A stretch of DNA of 64,000 nucleotides from Gemmatimonadota bacterium (lineage in GTDB: Bacteria; Gemmatimonadota; Gemmatimonadetes; JACCXV01; JAHWKZ01), in NCBI GenBank assembly GCA_033722155.1, contig JAWVZN010000005.1:8770-72769 (forward strand). The letters run 5' to 3'. Every line of letters starts with the position of its first letter. Position 1 is the stretch's first letter. Shown here piece after piece: positions 1 through 8,881 of the stretch. Under the pieces are notes generated by a model that did not search any database, was not told where the DNA came from, and saw nothing but the letters and a program-made list of their open reading frames with translations. A program made the translations under genes and the position numbers.

Positions 1-252
1 GGTCACGTGCTGCTTCTTCTTCGCTTCCCGCTCGGCCTTGGCCTGCTCGTACTTGTAGCGGCCGTAGTCCATGATGCGGCACACGGGCGGACGCGCGCTC
101 GGCGCGACCTCCACGAGATCGAGGCCGCGGTTCTCGGCCTCCTCCCGCGCCTCCTCCACCGGAACGACTCCGATCTGGTTGCCGTCCGGATCGATCAGGC
201 GTACGGGGCTGAAGCGGATCTGCTCGTTGACCCGCAGGTCGTTGTCGCTGAT
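1..252 (-). CDS. infC: Translation initiation factor IF-3, N-terminal part; the gene continues past the window start. The likely start is the ATC at ~252..250, 6 nt after AGGAGG; an alternative GTG lies at ~294.
   Basis: The minus-strand translation is ..[84 protein letters not shown]. This aligns with the E. coli and B. subtilis IF3 N-terminal domain ([11 protein letters not shown] motif). The in-frame stop upstream is at 316-318. Confidence 0.7.
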   Translation of the reverse strand, partial: MSDNDLRVNEQIRFSPVRLIDPDGNQIGVVPVEEAREEAENRGLDLVEVAPSARPPVCRIMDYGRYKYEQAKAEREAKKKQHVT

Positions 253-568
253 GTAGAGCCTCCTTCGTCGAGGTTCGTCGGTCCGGGCCCCCACTCCCCC
301 GGCGGGGCCCCGACATCAAAAAAGCGGACGTCCCGCACAGGATGGGCAGGAGCCCGCTTCGAAACGACGCCGCGCCGGCCGACCCCCCAGGGGGGCCGTC
401 CGCGTCGCGTCGGGGTACCCGCGGACTGCCGGCGCTCGAAGGCGCGACGTCCGTCAGGCGAGAAGCCGGGAGCTTCTGCTTGCTCTGTCTTCCCGTACGG
501 GACGGGGACGAAGAAGGTACACGCCCTCCCGCGCACGGTCAACGCGCCTGCGCCGCCCCCCCCCTCCA
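253..568 (-). promoter_or_regulatory. Structured GC-rich leader and promoter region upstream of infC. It contains several perfect hairpins and a hairpin plus T6 run (~313-345 on the minus strand), so it may be an attenuator.
   Basis: Hairpins seen: GAAGC-CGGGA-GCTTC, the 10-nt palindrome CCCGTACGGG, CCCCCC-A-GGGGGG, and AGCGG...CCGCT followed by TTTTTT immediately before the infC SD. Confidence 0.3.
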
Positions 569-2113
569 TCACGCCACCATGATCCCCGCGACCACGATGT
601 ACAGGGCCGCCCCGATCCCCGCCGCCCACAGCGCCAGGGGGAGCTGGGTGAAAACGTGGTCCATGAGGTCGGTTCCGGTGGCCAGCGAGGAGAGGATCGT
701 GGTGTCGCTGATCGGCGAGCACTGATCGCCGAACACCGCCCCCCCGGTGACCGCCCCGAAGCAGAGCGCCAGGTACGCGGGATCGGGGTGGACCGCCCAG
801 GCGAGCGGCATCGCGACGGGGAAGACGATCGCGTAGGTGCCCCACGAAGTTCCGGCGCTGAAGGCCACCACCATGCACAGCACGAGGAAGGCGGCCGGCA
901 GCACGATCGCCGGCACGGCCTCGCCGAACGTCTCGACGATGTAGGACGCCATCCCGACCGCGTCGGACACTTCCTTCAGGGTGACCGCCAGCGCCAGCAC
1001 GATCGCCCCGATCGTGACGCCCTTGCAGCCGGAGACGAACCCGTCCATCACGTCCCGCAGGCCCATCCCCTTCGCGAGCGCCACCCCCATCCCCACCAGG
1101 ACCGCCACCACGAACGCCTCGGCGATCGGCAACACGGGATCTTCCCGCCGCCCCAGCAGGAAGAACGTCACCAGGAACGGCACGATCGCCACCGTCAGCA
1201 GGGTCGCGATCGGTGCGAAGAAGTCGATCAGGCCGGGCCGGTACCCCTCGGGCACGTCCTCGCGGGAGAGCTCCTCGGCCGCCATCGGCTCGGCTCCCTC
1301 CCGATCGAGCTTCCCCGTCTCGCGGGCGCGGCGGCGCGCGTCGAGCATCCGCTCGCCGGCGAAGAAGGAGAGGCGCTCCCAGGAGAAGAGGAGCGTGAAG
1401 GTGATCGCGAAGATCGCGTAGAAGTTGAACGGGATCGCCCGGAAGAAGAATGTGACCCCCTCCTGCTGGCTCCCGATCAGCGGGACGGTGCCCGCCACCA
1501 GGCCACCCACGAAGATGGGCCACACGTTGAAGGGCAGCAGGGTCGCCGCCGGCGACGCGGTCGAGTCCACCACGTAGGAGAGCTCCTCGTGGGCGACCCG
1601 GTTGCGGTCGGCCACCGGACGGACCGTGGCCCCCGTCAGCACCGTGGAGATCGTCCCGCCCTGGTGGAAGACGAGGCCCATGATCCAGGCGAAGAACTTC
1701 GCCGTCTTCGGCCCCCGGACGATCCGCTCCCCCGCCCACTCGGCGAAGCGCACCGCGCCGCCGGTCCGGGTCCACAGCCCGATCAGCCCCCCCAGCGCCC
1801 ACAGGTAGACGAGGAGGATCAGCCCGTAGTCGGGCGAGCCGATCGAGGGGATCAGGAACTCCTGGACGACGTTCAGCCGTCCGCTGATCACGCCCCCCAG
1901 AACGATCCCGATGAACAGCGCGGAGACGACCTCCCGGAGCGCGAACGCCAGCACGATCGCGGAGAAGGCGGGGACCACGGACCACACCCCGTAGTGACCG
2001 TCCTGACGGGGAAAATCGCCGGCGACCGCCCCTCCGAGGGCGATCAGGGCGAGCGCGACGACGAGGCCGACCCACCGGACACGGCGCGTCGGCGCGTCGG
2101 CGTCCTCGCTCAA
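569..2113 (-). CDS. nhaC: Na+/H+ antiporter, NhaC family. It starts on a TTG that overlaps the gloA stop (TTGA).
   Basis: 514-aa polytopic membrane protein with NhaC-like topology and conserved loops. Confidence 0.7.
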   Translation of the reverse strand: MSEDADAPTRRVRWVGLVVALALIALGGAVAGDFPRQDGHYGVWSVVPAFSAIVLAFALREVVSALFIGIVLGGVISGRLNVVQEFLIPSIGSPDYGLILLVYLWALGGLIGLWTRTGGAVRFAEWAGERIVRGPKTAKFFAWIMGLVFHQGGTISTVLTGATVRPVADRNRVAHEELSYVVDSTASPAATLLPFNVWPIFVGGLVAGTVPLIGSQQEGVTFFFRAIPFNFYAIFAITFTLLFSWERLSFFAGERMLDARRRARETGKLDREGAEPMAAEELSREDVPEGYRPGLIDFFAPIATLLTVAIVPFLVTFFLLGRREDPVLPIAEAFVVAVLVGMGVALAKGMGLRDVMDGFVSGCKGVTIGAIVLALAVTLKEVSDAVGMASYIVETFGEAVPAIVLPAAFLVLCMVVAFSAGTSWGTYAIVFPVAMPLAWAVHPDPAYLALCFGAVTGGAVFGDQCSPISDTTILSSLATGTDLMDHVFTQLPLALWAAGIGAALYIVVAGIMVA

Positions 2114-2496
2114 GAGCCCGTCTCGATCAGCTCGATCTCGATGCCGTCGGGATCCTCGATGAAGGCGATGGTCGAGCCCCCTTCGCCGACCCGGTAGGGG
2201 CCGCGGGTGAACTCCACCCCGTGCCGGGCCAGCTGCGAGCGCGCCTCCTCGAGATCGGGCACGCCGAAGGCGAGATGGCCGAACTGGTCGCCCAGCTCGT
2301 AGTCGCGGCCATCGTGGTTGTAGGTGAGCTCGATCGGGTGGTGGCCGTCCTCGTCGGCCAGGAAGACGAGGGTGGCATCGGCGCCCTCGAGGACCTTCCG
2401 TCGCCGTTCGGTGAGTCCGAGCACCTCGGTGTAGAACGCCACCGAGCGATCCAGGTCCTTCACGCGAATCATGGTGTGGAGGAGATCGGCCTTCAT
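2110..2496 (-). CDS. gloA: Lactoylglutathione lyase (glyoxalase I), VOC family.
   Basis: 128 aa; MKADLLHTMIRVKDLDRSVAFYTEVLGL..IELIE is the glyoxalase I fold signature. Confidence 0.75.
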   Translation of the reverse strand: MKADLLHTMIRVKDLDRSVAFYTEVLGLTERRRKVLEGADATLVFLADEDGHHPIELTYNHDGRDYELGDQFGHLAFGVPDLEEARSQLARHGVEFTRGPYRVGEGGSTIAFIEDPDGIEIELIETGS

Positions 2497-2536
2497 GTGA
2501 TTTCTCCCGTAACGTGAGTCAAGTACAAAGGATTCA

Positions 2537-3436
2537 TCAGGTTGTATCTTCCGGAGCGATCGGCGCTGTCTTCCCCGGCCGAAGGTGGCGCGCGCGCCAG
2601 CGCCGGACCGCCCTCGGGATGTCCGCGTCCTCGACGACCACCGTCCGGTTCAGCTCCCGCATCTGCTCGGCCGTCACCACCCCCTCCAGCCGTTGGAGCA
2701 CGTCCCACACCCGGGGGTGGCGCTCGATCGTCTCCCGGCGAACGACCGGAACCGCCTCGTAGGGCGGGAAGAAGTTGCGGTTGTCGTTCAGCACGCGGAG
2801 GTCGAAGGCGGCGATCTGTCCGTCGGTGGAGTTGCCCACCGCGACGTCGATCTCCCCCTGGTCGAGCGCGCGGTAGAGCAGCCCCAGGTCCATCTGCTTC
2901 ACCTCGCCGAACGCGATCCCGTACGCCTCCTTGAGCCCGGGATAGCCGTCCTCGCGGCTCATGAACTCGGGGCCGAAGCCGGCCGTCCACTCCTCGTCCA
3001 CCGCGGCCAGGTCCCCGATCGCCTCCAGGCCGAGCGAATCGGCGTCCCCGGCCCGGACGATCACGGCGAAGGTGTTCTCGAAGCCGAGCGGCGGGGCGAG
3101 CACGAGGTCCCACCGGTCGAGATACGCCTCCTCCACCACGGTGTATACGGAGTCCGCGTCGTGGATCGGATCGCGGCCGAGGACCGCGACCAGGGCGGTG
3201 CCGGTGTACTCCACGTACAGGTCGAGCTCGTCGTTCACCAGCGCCTCGTGGGTGAGCTTGCTGCCGCCGAAGTGGAACCGCCGCTCCACGGGCACCCCCC
3301 TCTCCTCGAGCTCCTGGGAGATCAGCTCGGCGAGCACGTCCTGCTCCACGAAGTCCTTCGAGCCGACCGCCACCGCGTCGGCCCCCCCGCAGGCGGCGAG
3401 CAGGGGGAGCGCGGCCGCGAGGAGCCATCCTCTCAC
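2537..3436 (-). CDS. Glycine betaine/choline ABC transporter substrate-binding lipoprotein (OpuAC/OsmF-like). GTG start.
   Basis: Signal peptide with LLAAC lipobox; substrate-binding fold 2 of the OpuBC/ProX family. Confidence 0.7.
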   Translation of the reverse strand: MRGWLLAAALPLLAACGGADAVAVGSKDFVEQDVLAELISQELEERGVPVERRFHFGGSKLTHEALVNDELDLYVEYTGTALVAVLGRDPIHDADSVYTVVEEAYLDRWDLVLAPPLGFENTFAVIVRAGDADSLGLEAIGDLAAVDEEWTAGFGPEFMSREDGYPGLKEAYGIAFGEVKQMDLGLLYRALDQGEIDVAVGNSTDGQIAAFDLRVLNDNRNFFPPYEAVPVVRRETIERHPRVWDVLQRLEGVVTAEQMRELNRTVVVEDADIPRAVRRWRARHLRPGKTAPIAPEDTT

Positions 3437-4119
3437 GCCGGCTTCACCTCTCCCCGCTCGGCGCCCGGAGCGCCCGGCGCGGTGAGACGCCGGCCCATCC
3501 AGCCGAGCAGGCCGTCGGCGGCGAGCGCCAGCAGCGCGGCGGGCAGCGCCCCGGCGAGGATGAGGGTGTCGTTCACCACGGCGATCCCCCGGAAGATGTA
3601 GACGCCCAGGCCGCCGGCGCCAATCGCGGCGGCGATCGTGGCGATTCCCACGGAGACCACCGCCGCCACCCGGATTCCGGCCAGGATCACGCTGGCCGCC
3701 AGGGGCAGCTGGACCTTCAGCAACAGCTGGAGATCGGTCATCCCCATTCCCCGCCCCGCCTCGACGAGCGCGGGATCGATCCCCCGGATGCCGGCGTGGG
3801 TGTTCCGTACGATCGGCAGCAGCGAGTACACCACCAGGGCGACGATGGCGGTCCTCGCCCCGACCCCCCCGATCAGGGGGATCGGGATCAGGAAGCCGAA
3901 GAGCGCCAGGCTGGGGATCGTCTGGAAGACGTTGGCGGTCCCGATGATCGGCCGCTCGAGGGCCCGGCTGCGGGTCGCCGCGATCCCGAGCGGCACGCCG
4001 ATCGCCGCCGCCACCCCCACCGACACGCCGGAGAGGTACAGGTGCTCGCCGAGGAGACCGCCCACCTCGACGCGGTTCTCCACGAGGAAGCGCGCGAGCT
4101 CCCTCATCGCCTCACCCAC
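3433..4119 (-). CDS. Osmoprotectant ABC transporter permease.
   Basis: 228 aa, 5-6 TM segments, EAA-like loop (EAGRGMGMT); 8-nt overlap with the ATPase gene. Confidence 0.8.
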   Translation of the reverse strand: MGEAMRELARFLVENRVEVGGLLGEHLYLSGVSVGVAAAIGVPLGIAATRSRALERPIIGTANVFQTIPSLALFGFLIPIPLIGGVGARTAIVALVVYSLLPIVRNTHAGIRGIDPALVEAGRGMGMTDLQLLLKVQLPLAASVILAGIRVAAVVSVGIATIAAAIGAGGLGVYIFRGIAVVNDTLILAGALPAALLALAADGLLGWMGRRLTAPGAPGAERGEVKPA

Positions 4120-4891
4120 CGCCGAGCTCCCCCGGGGGCTGCAAGGTCGCCGCCAGCGCGCGGGCCTCGGGATGATCCGATTCGAGCAGCACGTCCGCCT
4201 CGGCGATGACCGCGAGCTCCCCGTCGACGAGCACTCCCACGCGGTCCCCGAGAGCGAGCGCCTCCCGCAGGTCGTGGGTGACGAACAGAGCCGCCTTGCC
4301 GAGCTCCTCCATCAGCTCGCCGAACTCCCTCTGCAGCCGATCCCGGGTGAGCGCGTCGAGGGCGCCGAAGGGCTCGTCGAGCAGCAGCAGCGACGGGTCG
4401 GCGCCGAGCGCTCTCGCCACGCCCACCCGCTGGCGCTGTCCCCCGGAGAGCTGGTGGGGGAGGCGGGCACCGAACCGGCCGGCGGGCATCCCCACCCGGT
4501 CGAGCAGGTCGTCCACCCGTTCCGCGATCCGCTCCTCATCCCAGCCGAGGAGCTCGGGGACGAGTCCCACGTTTCGGCGCACCGTCATGTGGGGGAACAG
4601 CCCGACCTCCTGAATCACCCACCCGATCCCGCGCCGCAGCTCGACCGGGTCCCACGCCGTCGTCTCCACCCCGTCGACCCGCACCGCGCCGGCGGTCGGC
4701 GCGAGCAGCCCGTTCACGAGCTTCAGGGCGGTCGTCTTCCCCGCCCCCGAGCGTCCCACCAGCACCACGGTCTCGCCGGACGCGACGTCGAAGTCGAGCT
4801 CGCGAACGATCGTCGGGCCCCGATGGACCGCAAAGCTCGCCCGGTCGAACTCGACCGCGGCGGTGTCGGCGTCGGAGCCTGGGGGCATCAT
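4112..4891 (-). CDS. Osmoprotectant ABC transporter ATP-binding protein.
   Basis: Walker A GRSGAGKTT, LSGGQRQRV signature and Walker B LLLLDEP. Only the C-terminal 260 aa of the 1019-aa track ORF is real. Confidence 0.8.
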   Translation of the reverse strand: MMPPGSDADTAAVEFDRASFAVHRGPTIVRELDFDVASGETVVLVGRSGAGKTTALKLVNGLLAPTAGAVRVDGVETTAWDPVELRRGIGWVIQEVGLFPHMTVRRNVGLVPELLGWDEERIAERVDDLLDRVGMPAGRFGARLPHQLSGGQRQRVGVARALGADPSLLLLDEPFGALDALTRDRLQREFGELMEELGKAALFVTHDLREALALGDRVGVLVDGELAVIAEADVLLESDHPEARALAATLQPPGELGGG

Positions 4892-4945
4892 CTCCTCGAC
4901 GGAGAACGTGGTAGCGCGGGGACACGCGGCTAATATAGGATCGCG

Positions 4946-7309
4946 ATGTTCCCGCCCACCGCCACCTCGTCGAGCGAACCGCCTCCACCGGCCGGGGCGG
5001 TCGGCTTCGAGCCCCGGAAGGGCGATCGGTGGACGGTATGGGTGGACCGCACCTCCTCGGACGTCCACGCCTTCGCCCACTCCGTCGCCCGCGGTCTTTC
5101 GGACTCCCCCCGCTGGCTCCACTGCCGCTACCTCTACGACGAGGAGGGGAGCCGGATCTTCCTGAAGATCACCGAGCAGCCGGAGTACTACCTGACGGGG
5201 GCAGAGGTGGAGATCCTCCGCGAGCGCGCCAGCGAGATCCGCGAGGTGGCGGGCGAGGTCCCGCTGGTCGAGCTGGGATCCGGCTCGGCCGCGAAGACCC
5301 ACCACCTCCTGGACGCCTGGACCCGGGCCTCCGGGGAGGTCGAGTACGTGCCGATCGACATCGACCCCTCGGTGTTGACGGAGGCGGCTCGACGGGTGGT
5401 CGAGGCGTACCCGAACCTCCGTGTCGAGGGCCTGGCCACCTCCTACGAGCGGGGGCTGGACCTGCTGCGGGATCGCTCCCCCCTGTGCCTCGTCTTCCTC
5501 GGGTCCACGATCGGCAACTTCAACCCGGACGAGACCGACGCCTTCCTCGCCCGGCTCGAACGGGATCTCGCCCCGAGCGACTCCCTGCTGCTGGGCGTGG
5601 ACCTGGTGAAGGACGCCACGACGCTCGAGGCCGCCTACGACGACGACGCCGGGTGGAGCGAGGCGTTCACCCGGAACCTCTTCGTCCGGATGAACCGGGA
5701 GCTCGGAACCGCGGTCGACCCGGAGACGATCGACCACGTGGCCTACTGGAACGACCGGCTCGAGCGGATCGAGATCTACGCCCGCTTCCTGGAGGCGACC
5801 GAGATCTCCCTCGTCTCGATCGGACGACGCTTTCGGGTCGCGGCGGGCGAGATGGTACTCACCGAGATCAGCCGCAAGTACCGGATCGAGCGGATCGAGG
5901 CCGATCTGGCGCGCTTCGGTTTCCGGCTGGAGCGCTCTTTCACCGACGCCGGCGAGCGGTTCGGGTTGCTGCTGTTCCGGCGGATCGAGGAGACCGGTGC
6001 GCCCCCCGACTGGATGCGGCTCGCGGCGCGCCTCCAGCACGCCCGGCGCCGAACCCTCGAGCTGATCGAGCCGCTGGAGGAGGAACGGCTCGAACGGCAG
6101 GTCCTTCCCTTCCTCTCCCCCGTCCTGTGGGATCTCGGGCACGTGGCGGAGTTCGAGGAGCTGTGGCTGATCCACGCGACCGACGCGCTCGAGGAGGAAG
6201 AGGGCGGCCACGAAGCGTCCCTGGAGCGGATCTACGACGCCACCCGTACCGCCCGCCGGAGTCGGGGCGAGATCGAGCTGCCCGAGCGGGACGCGCTCCT
6301 GGCGCGGCTGCGTCGGATCCGCCGCGAGGCCCTCGCCCGGCTCCGCACCGTGCGGCTCGACCCCGACGAGCCCCTCCTCGCCGACGGCTTCGTCTACCGG
6401 ATGGTCGCCCAGCACGAGCGGCAGCACCAGGAGACGATCCTCCAGGCGATCGCGCGGATGGACGACCTCGCCTACGAGCCCGCCCACCGCCACGACACCC
6501 CCCGCCCGTCCCTTCCCCCGGACGCGGAGGCCGTGCTCGTCCCCGGGGGCGCCTTCGTGATGGGGGCCGTCGACGACCCGGCCGCCTACGACAACGAGCG
6601 GCCGGCCCACTGGGTGGACCTGGAGGCGTACTGGATCGACACGTCGCCGGTCACCAACGGCGACTTCCTGGAGTTCGTCCGCGCGGGCGGCTACGAGCGG
6701 CGCGATTGGTGGAGCGAGGATGGGTGGGCGTGGCTCCGGGAGGCGGGGGTGGAGCACCCGCTGGGATGGCGTCGCGGCGCGAACGGCTGGGTGGAGACGG
6801 GCTTCGGGCGGGACGAGCCGCTGGTTCCGACCCGGCCGGTGGTCCACGTCTGCTTCTGGGAGGCGGAGGCCTTCGCCCGGTCGGTCGGAAAGCGCCTCCC
6901 CACCGAGGCGGAGTGGGAGAAGGCGGCGGCCTGGAACCCCGAGACCCGGGTCTCCCGCCGCTGGCCCTGGGGCGACGCTCCACCCGATCCGGGTCGCGCC
7001 AACCTCGACGCCCGAACCTTCGCCCCCGCCCCCCTCGGCGCGTATCCCGAAGGCCGCTCCTTCTACGGCTGCCACCAGCTGATCGGCGACGTGTGGGAGT
7101 GGACCGCCACGGAGTTCGGCCCCTATCCCGGGTTCGAGCCCTTCCCCTATCCCGAGTACTCCGAGGTCCATTTCGGCGAGGGGTACCGGGTGCTGCGCGG
7201 GGGCTCGTGGGCCACCGGCGTCGACGTCGCCCGCAACACCTTCCGCAACTGGGACTGGCCCTACCGCCGTCAGATCTTCGCCGGCTTCCGGTGCGCGAAC
7301 GACGCGTGA
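4946..7309 (+). CDS. egtDB: Fused ergothioneine biosynthesis protein. The N-terminal part is EgtD (histidine N-alpha-methyltransferase). The C-terminal part is EgtB (DinB_2 plus FGE-sulfatase sulfoxide synthase).
   Basis: Residues ~40-330 align with EgtD (ELGSGSAAKT, FLGSTIGNF, LLLGVDLVKD). Residues ~350-500 form a DinB_2 domain (LWDLGHVAEFEELW, QHERQHQE). Residues ~520-787 form an FGE-sulfatase domain (HVCFWEAEAFARS, RVLRGGSW). Confidence 0.8.
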   Translation: MFPPTATSSSEPPPPAGAVGFEPRKGDRWTVWVDRTSSDVHAFAHSVARGLSDSPRWLHCRYLYDEEGSRIFLKITEQPEYYLTGAEVEILRERASEIREVAGEVPLVELGSGSAAKTHHLLDAWTRASGEVEYVPIDIDPSVLTEAARRVVEAYPNLRVEGLATSYERGLDLLRDRSPLCLVFLGSTIGNFNPDETDAFLARLERDLAPSDSLLLGVDLVKDATTLEAAYDDDAGWSEAFTRNLFVRMNRELGTAVDPETIDHVAYWNDRLERIEIYARFLEATEISLVSIGRRFRVAAGEMVLTEISRKYRIERIEADLARFGFRLERSFTDAGERFGLLLFRRIEETGAPPDWMRLAARLQHARRRTLELIEPLEEERLERQVLPFLSPVLWDLGHVAEFEELWLIHATDALEEEEGGHEASLERIYDATRTARRSRGEIELPERDALLARLRRIRREALARLRTVRLDPDEPLLADGFVYRMVAQHERQHQETILQAIARMDDLAYEPAHRHDTPRPSLPPDAEAVLVPGGAFVMGAVDDPAAYDNERPAHWVDLEAYWIDTSPVTNGDFLEFVRAGGYERRDWWSEDGWAWLREAGVEHPLGWRRGANGWVETGFGRDEPLVPTRPVVHVCFWEAEAFARSVGKRLPTEAEWEKAAAWNPETRVSRRWPWGDAPPDPGRANLDARTFAPAPLGAYPEGRSFYGCHQLIGDVWEWTATEFGPYPGFEPFPYPEYSEVHFGEGYRVLRGGSWATGVDVARNTFRNWDWPYRRQIFAGFRCANDA

Positions 7310-8385
7310 GCGCGACCCCGGGAGGGCTCGCCGAACGGATCGCGCGCCTGCCCCTCGTCGTGGAGGGCCACCGGGTCGAGACCGGCTCGGTTCCGGCCGT
7401 CGGCTACTACGGCGGGGAGCCGCGTCCGACCGGGGTGATCGTGCTGGAGGGGGAGGACCACGAAGGGGCCGGGGAGAACGTGGGTTGGACCCCCGAGGCG
7501 CAGGACGCCTTCGCCGGCGCCTGCGGCGCGCTCGTCCCGCACGGCGAGACCACCGTCGGGGAGCTCTCGGCGGGGCTGTCGGAGGCGACCGGGGAGCCGT
7601 ACCACCGCGCCGCGGTCGAAGCGGCGGCGATCGACCTCGCCCTGAAGCGGGCGGACACGAACCTGTTTCGGCTCGCCGGGCGGGACCCCCTCCCGGTCCG
7701 CTTCTGCTGGTCGATCCACGAGGGGGAGGATCCGGTCCGGACGGTGGAGGCCCTGCTCGCGTCGTGCCCCACCGCGCGGGCCAAGCTCGACGTCCCCGAG
7801 GAGGGGTGGCCCGACCGGGTTTGGGAGGCGCTGGGCGCGACCGGCCGGATCGTGGTCGCCGACTTCAAGCGGAAGGGCGTCCCCCGACAGGTCCTCGCCG
7901 CGCACCGCCACCTGCCGGAGGCTTGGCTGGAGGACCCGCCGCTCGAGACGGGCCGCGACGGGGCGGCGTCCGCCGCGACCGCGCACCCGGTCGGCGGCGT
8001 CCCCGGATGGCTGGACCGGATCTCGCTGGACGGATGGGTCCGCTCGGCCGAGGATCTCCGTCGGCCTCCCCTCCCCCCTGCGGCGATCAACGTGAAGGCC
8101 CCGCGGGTGGGGGGGTGGCTCGAGGCGCTCCGGATCCTGGAGCGTTGCCGGCGCCGCGGGTGGGCGGCCTACGTGGGGGGGATGTTCGAGGTGGGGATCG
8201 GGCGCTGGCAGGCGCGAACCCTCGCCTCCCTCTTCTCCGCCTCCGCCTGGAACGACCTGGCACCCGTCCGCGAGGAGGAGGCGTCGCCGTTCGCCGCCAC
8301 GCCGCTCCCGATGTCGGTCGTGCGCCCGGGATTCGGGAGAGCGGAGCCCGGCCCCGGCGAAACCGGATCCCCGCCCGGCGCGTAG
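7306..8385 (+). CDS. Enolase-superfamily-like protein (MLE/OSBS-like), function unknown. Its GTG start overlaps the egtDB stop (GTGA).
   Basis: Motifs spaced like MLE-subgroup barrel ligands: IVVADFKRK, AWLEDP, ISLDGWV, NVKAPRVGGW, GGMFEVG. This is a weak, unverified call. Confidence 0.35.
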   Translation: MSATPGGLAERIARLPLVVEGHRVETGSVPAVGYYGGEPRPTGVIVLEGEDHEGAGENVGWTPEAQDAFAGACGALVPHGETTVGELSAGLSEATGEPYHRAAVEAAAIDLALKRADTNLFRLAGRDPLPVRFCWSIHEGEDPVRTVEALLASCPTARAKLDVPEEGWPDRVWEALGATGRIVVADFKRKGVPRQVLAAHRHLPEAWLEDPPLETGRDGAASAATAHPVGGVPGWLDRISLDGWVRSAEDLRRPPLPPAAINVKAPRVGGWLEALRILERCRRRGWAAYVGGMFEVGIGRWQARTLASLFSASAWNDLAPVREEEASPFAATPLPMSVVRPGFGRAEPGPGETGSPPGA

Positions 8386-8430
8386 GGAGGGGGAAGCCGG
8401 CGAACCCGAACTGCCGAACGGAGGTGCCCG

Positions 8431-8874
8431 ATGCGCCGCATCGCGATCGTTCCCCTGATGCTCCTCCTTCTCGCTCCCCTCCCCGCGTGCGACCTCGCGG
8501 TAGACATCCAGCTCGATGACGATCCTCCGCGCCGCGTCGTCCTCACCGACGCGCCCGTATCCTCGGAGTGGTCCTATCGCGCCCATGCCCTCGTCTTCGA
8601 CGCCCCCCTCGATCTCGAGCTCGAGCTGATCCTGTTCGAGGACGACCGCTTCCGCCTGTGGATGGACGCCGCAGCCGACGAGGAGCTGGAGCGGGAGGTG
8701 GTCTCCGGAACGTACCGGTGGGAAGGGGACGCCCTCCTGCTGCGGGACGAGGGAGGGAACGTCCAGCGGCTCCGCCTGCGTGGGGACGAGCTCGTCCCGG
8801 ATGCCGGATGGAAGTGGACCCTGGCGCGGGAGAGCCTGGGGCTGCCCGACTTCGGGTTGGAGCGCGTACGCTAG
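8431..8874 (+). CDS. Hypothetical lipoprotein.
   Basis: Signal peptide MRRIAIVPLMLLLLAPLPAC with a lipobox; no recognisable domain. Confidence 0.45.
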   Translation: MRRIAIVPLMLLLLAPLPACDLAVDIQLDDDPPRRVVLTDAPVSSEWSYRAHALVFDAPLDLELELILFEDDRFRLWMDAAADEELEREVVSGTYRWEGDALLLRDEGGNVQRLRLRGDELVPDAGWKWTLARESLGLPDFGLERVR

Positions 8875-8881
8875 GGCGGCG

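Noticed and set aside
195-2075. 626-aa minus-strand Arg-rich ORF, plus a 513-aa plus-strand ORF at 656..2197.
   Set aside because: These are frame shadows of the nhaC gene. Their compositional bias (R/G/P/D runs) is not protein-like.
4112-7171. 1019-aa minus-strand ORF spanning the whole egtDB locus.
   Set aside because: Only its C-terminal 260 aa (4112..4891) is the ABC ATPase. The rest is a stop-free antisense shadow of egtDB, typical of 70% GC DNA.
5029-8385. 1118-aa plus-strand ORF with Arg/Pro/Gly-rich low-complexity translation.
   Set aside because: It is an alternative frame of egtDB. Only its last ~359 codons (from the GTG at 7306) coincide with a plausible gene.
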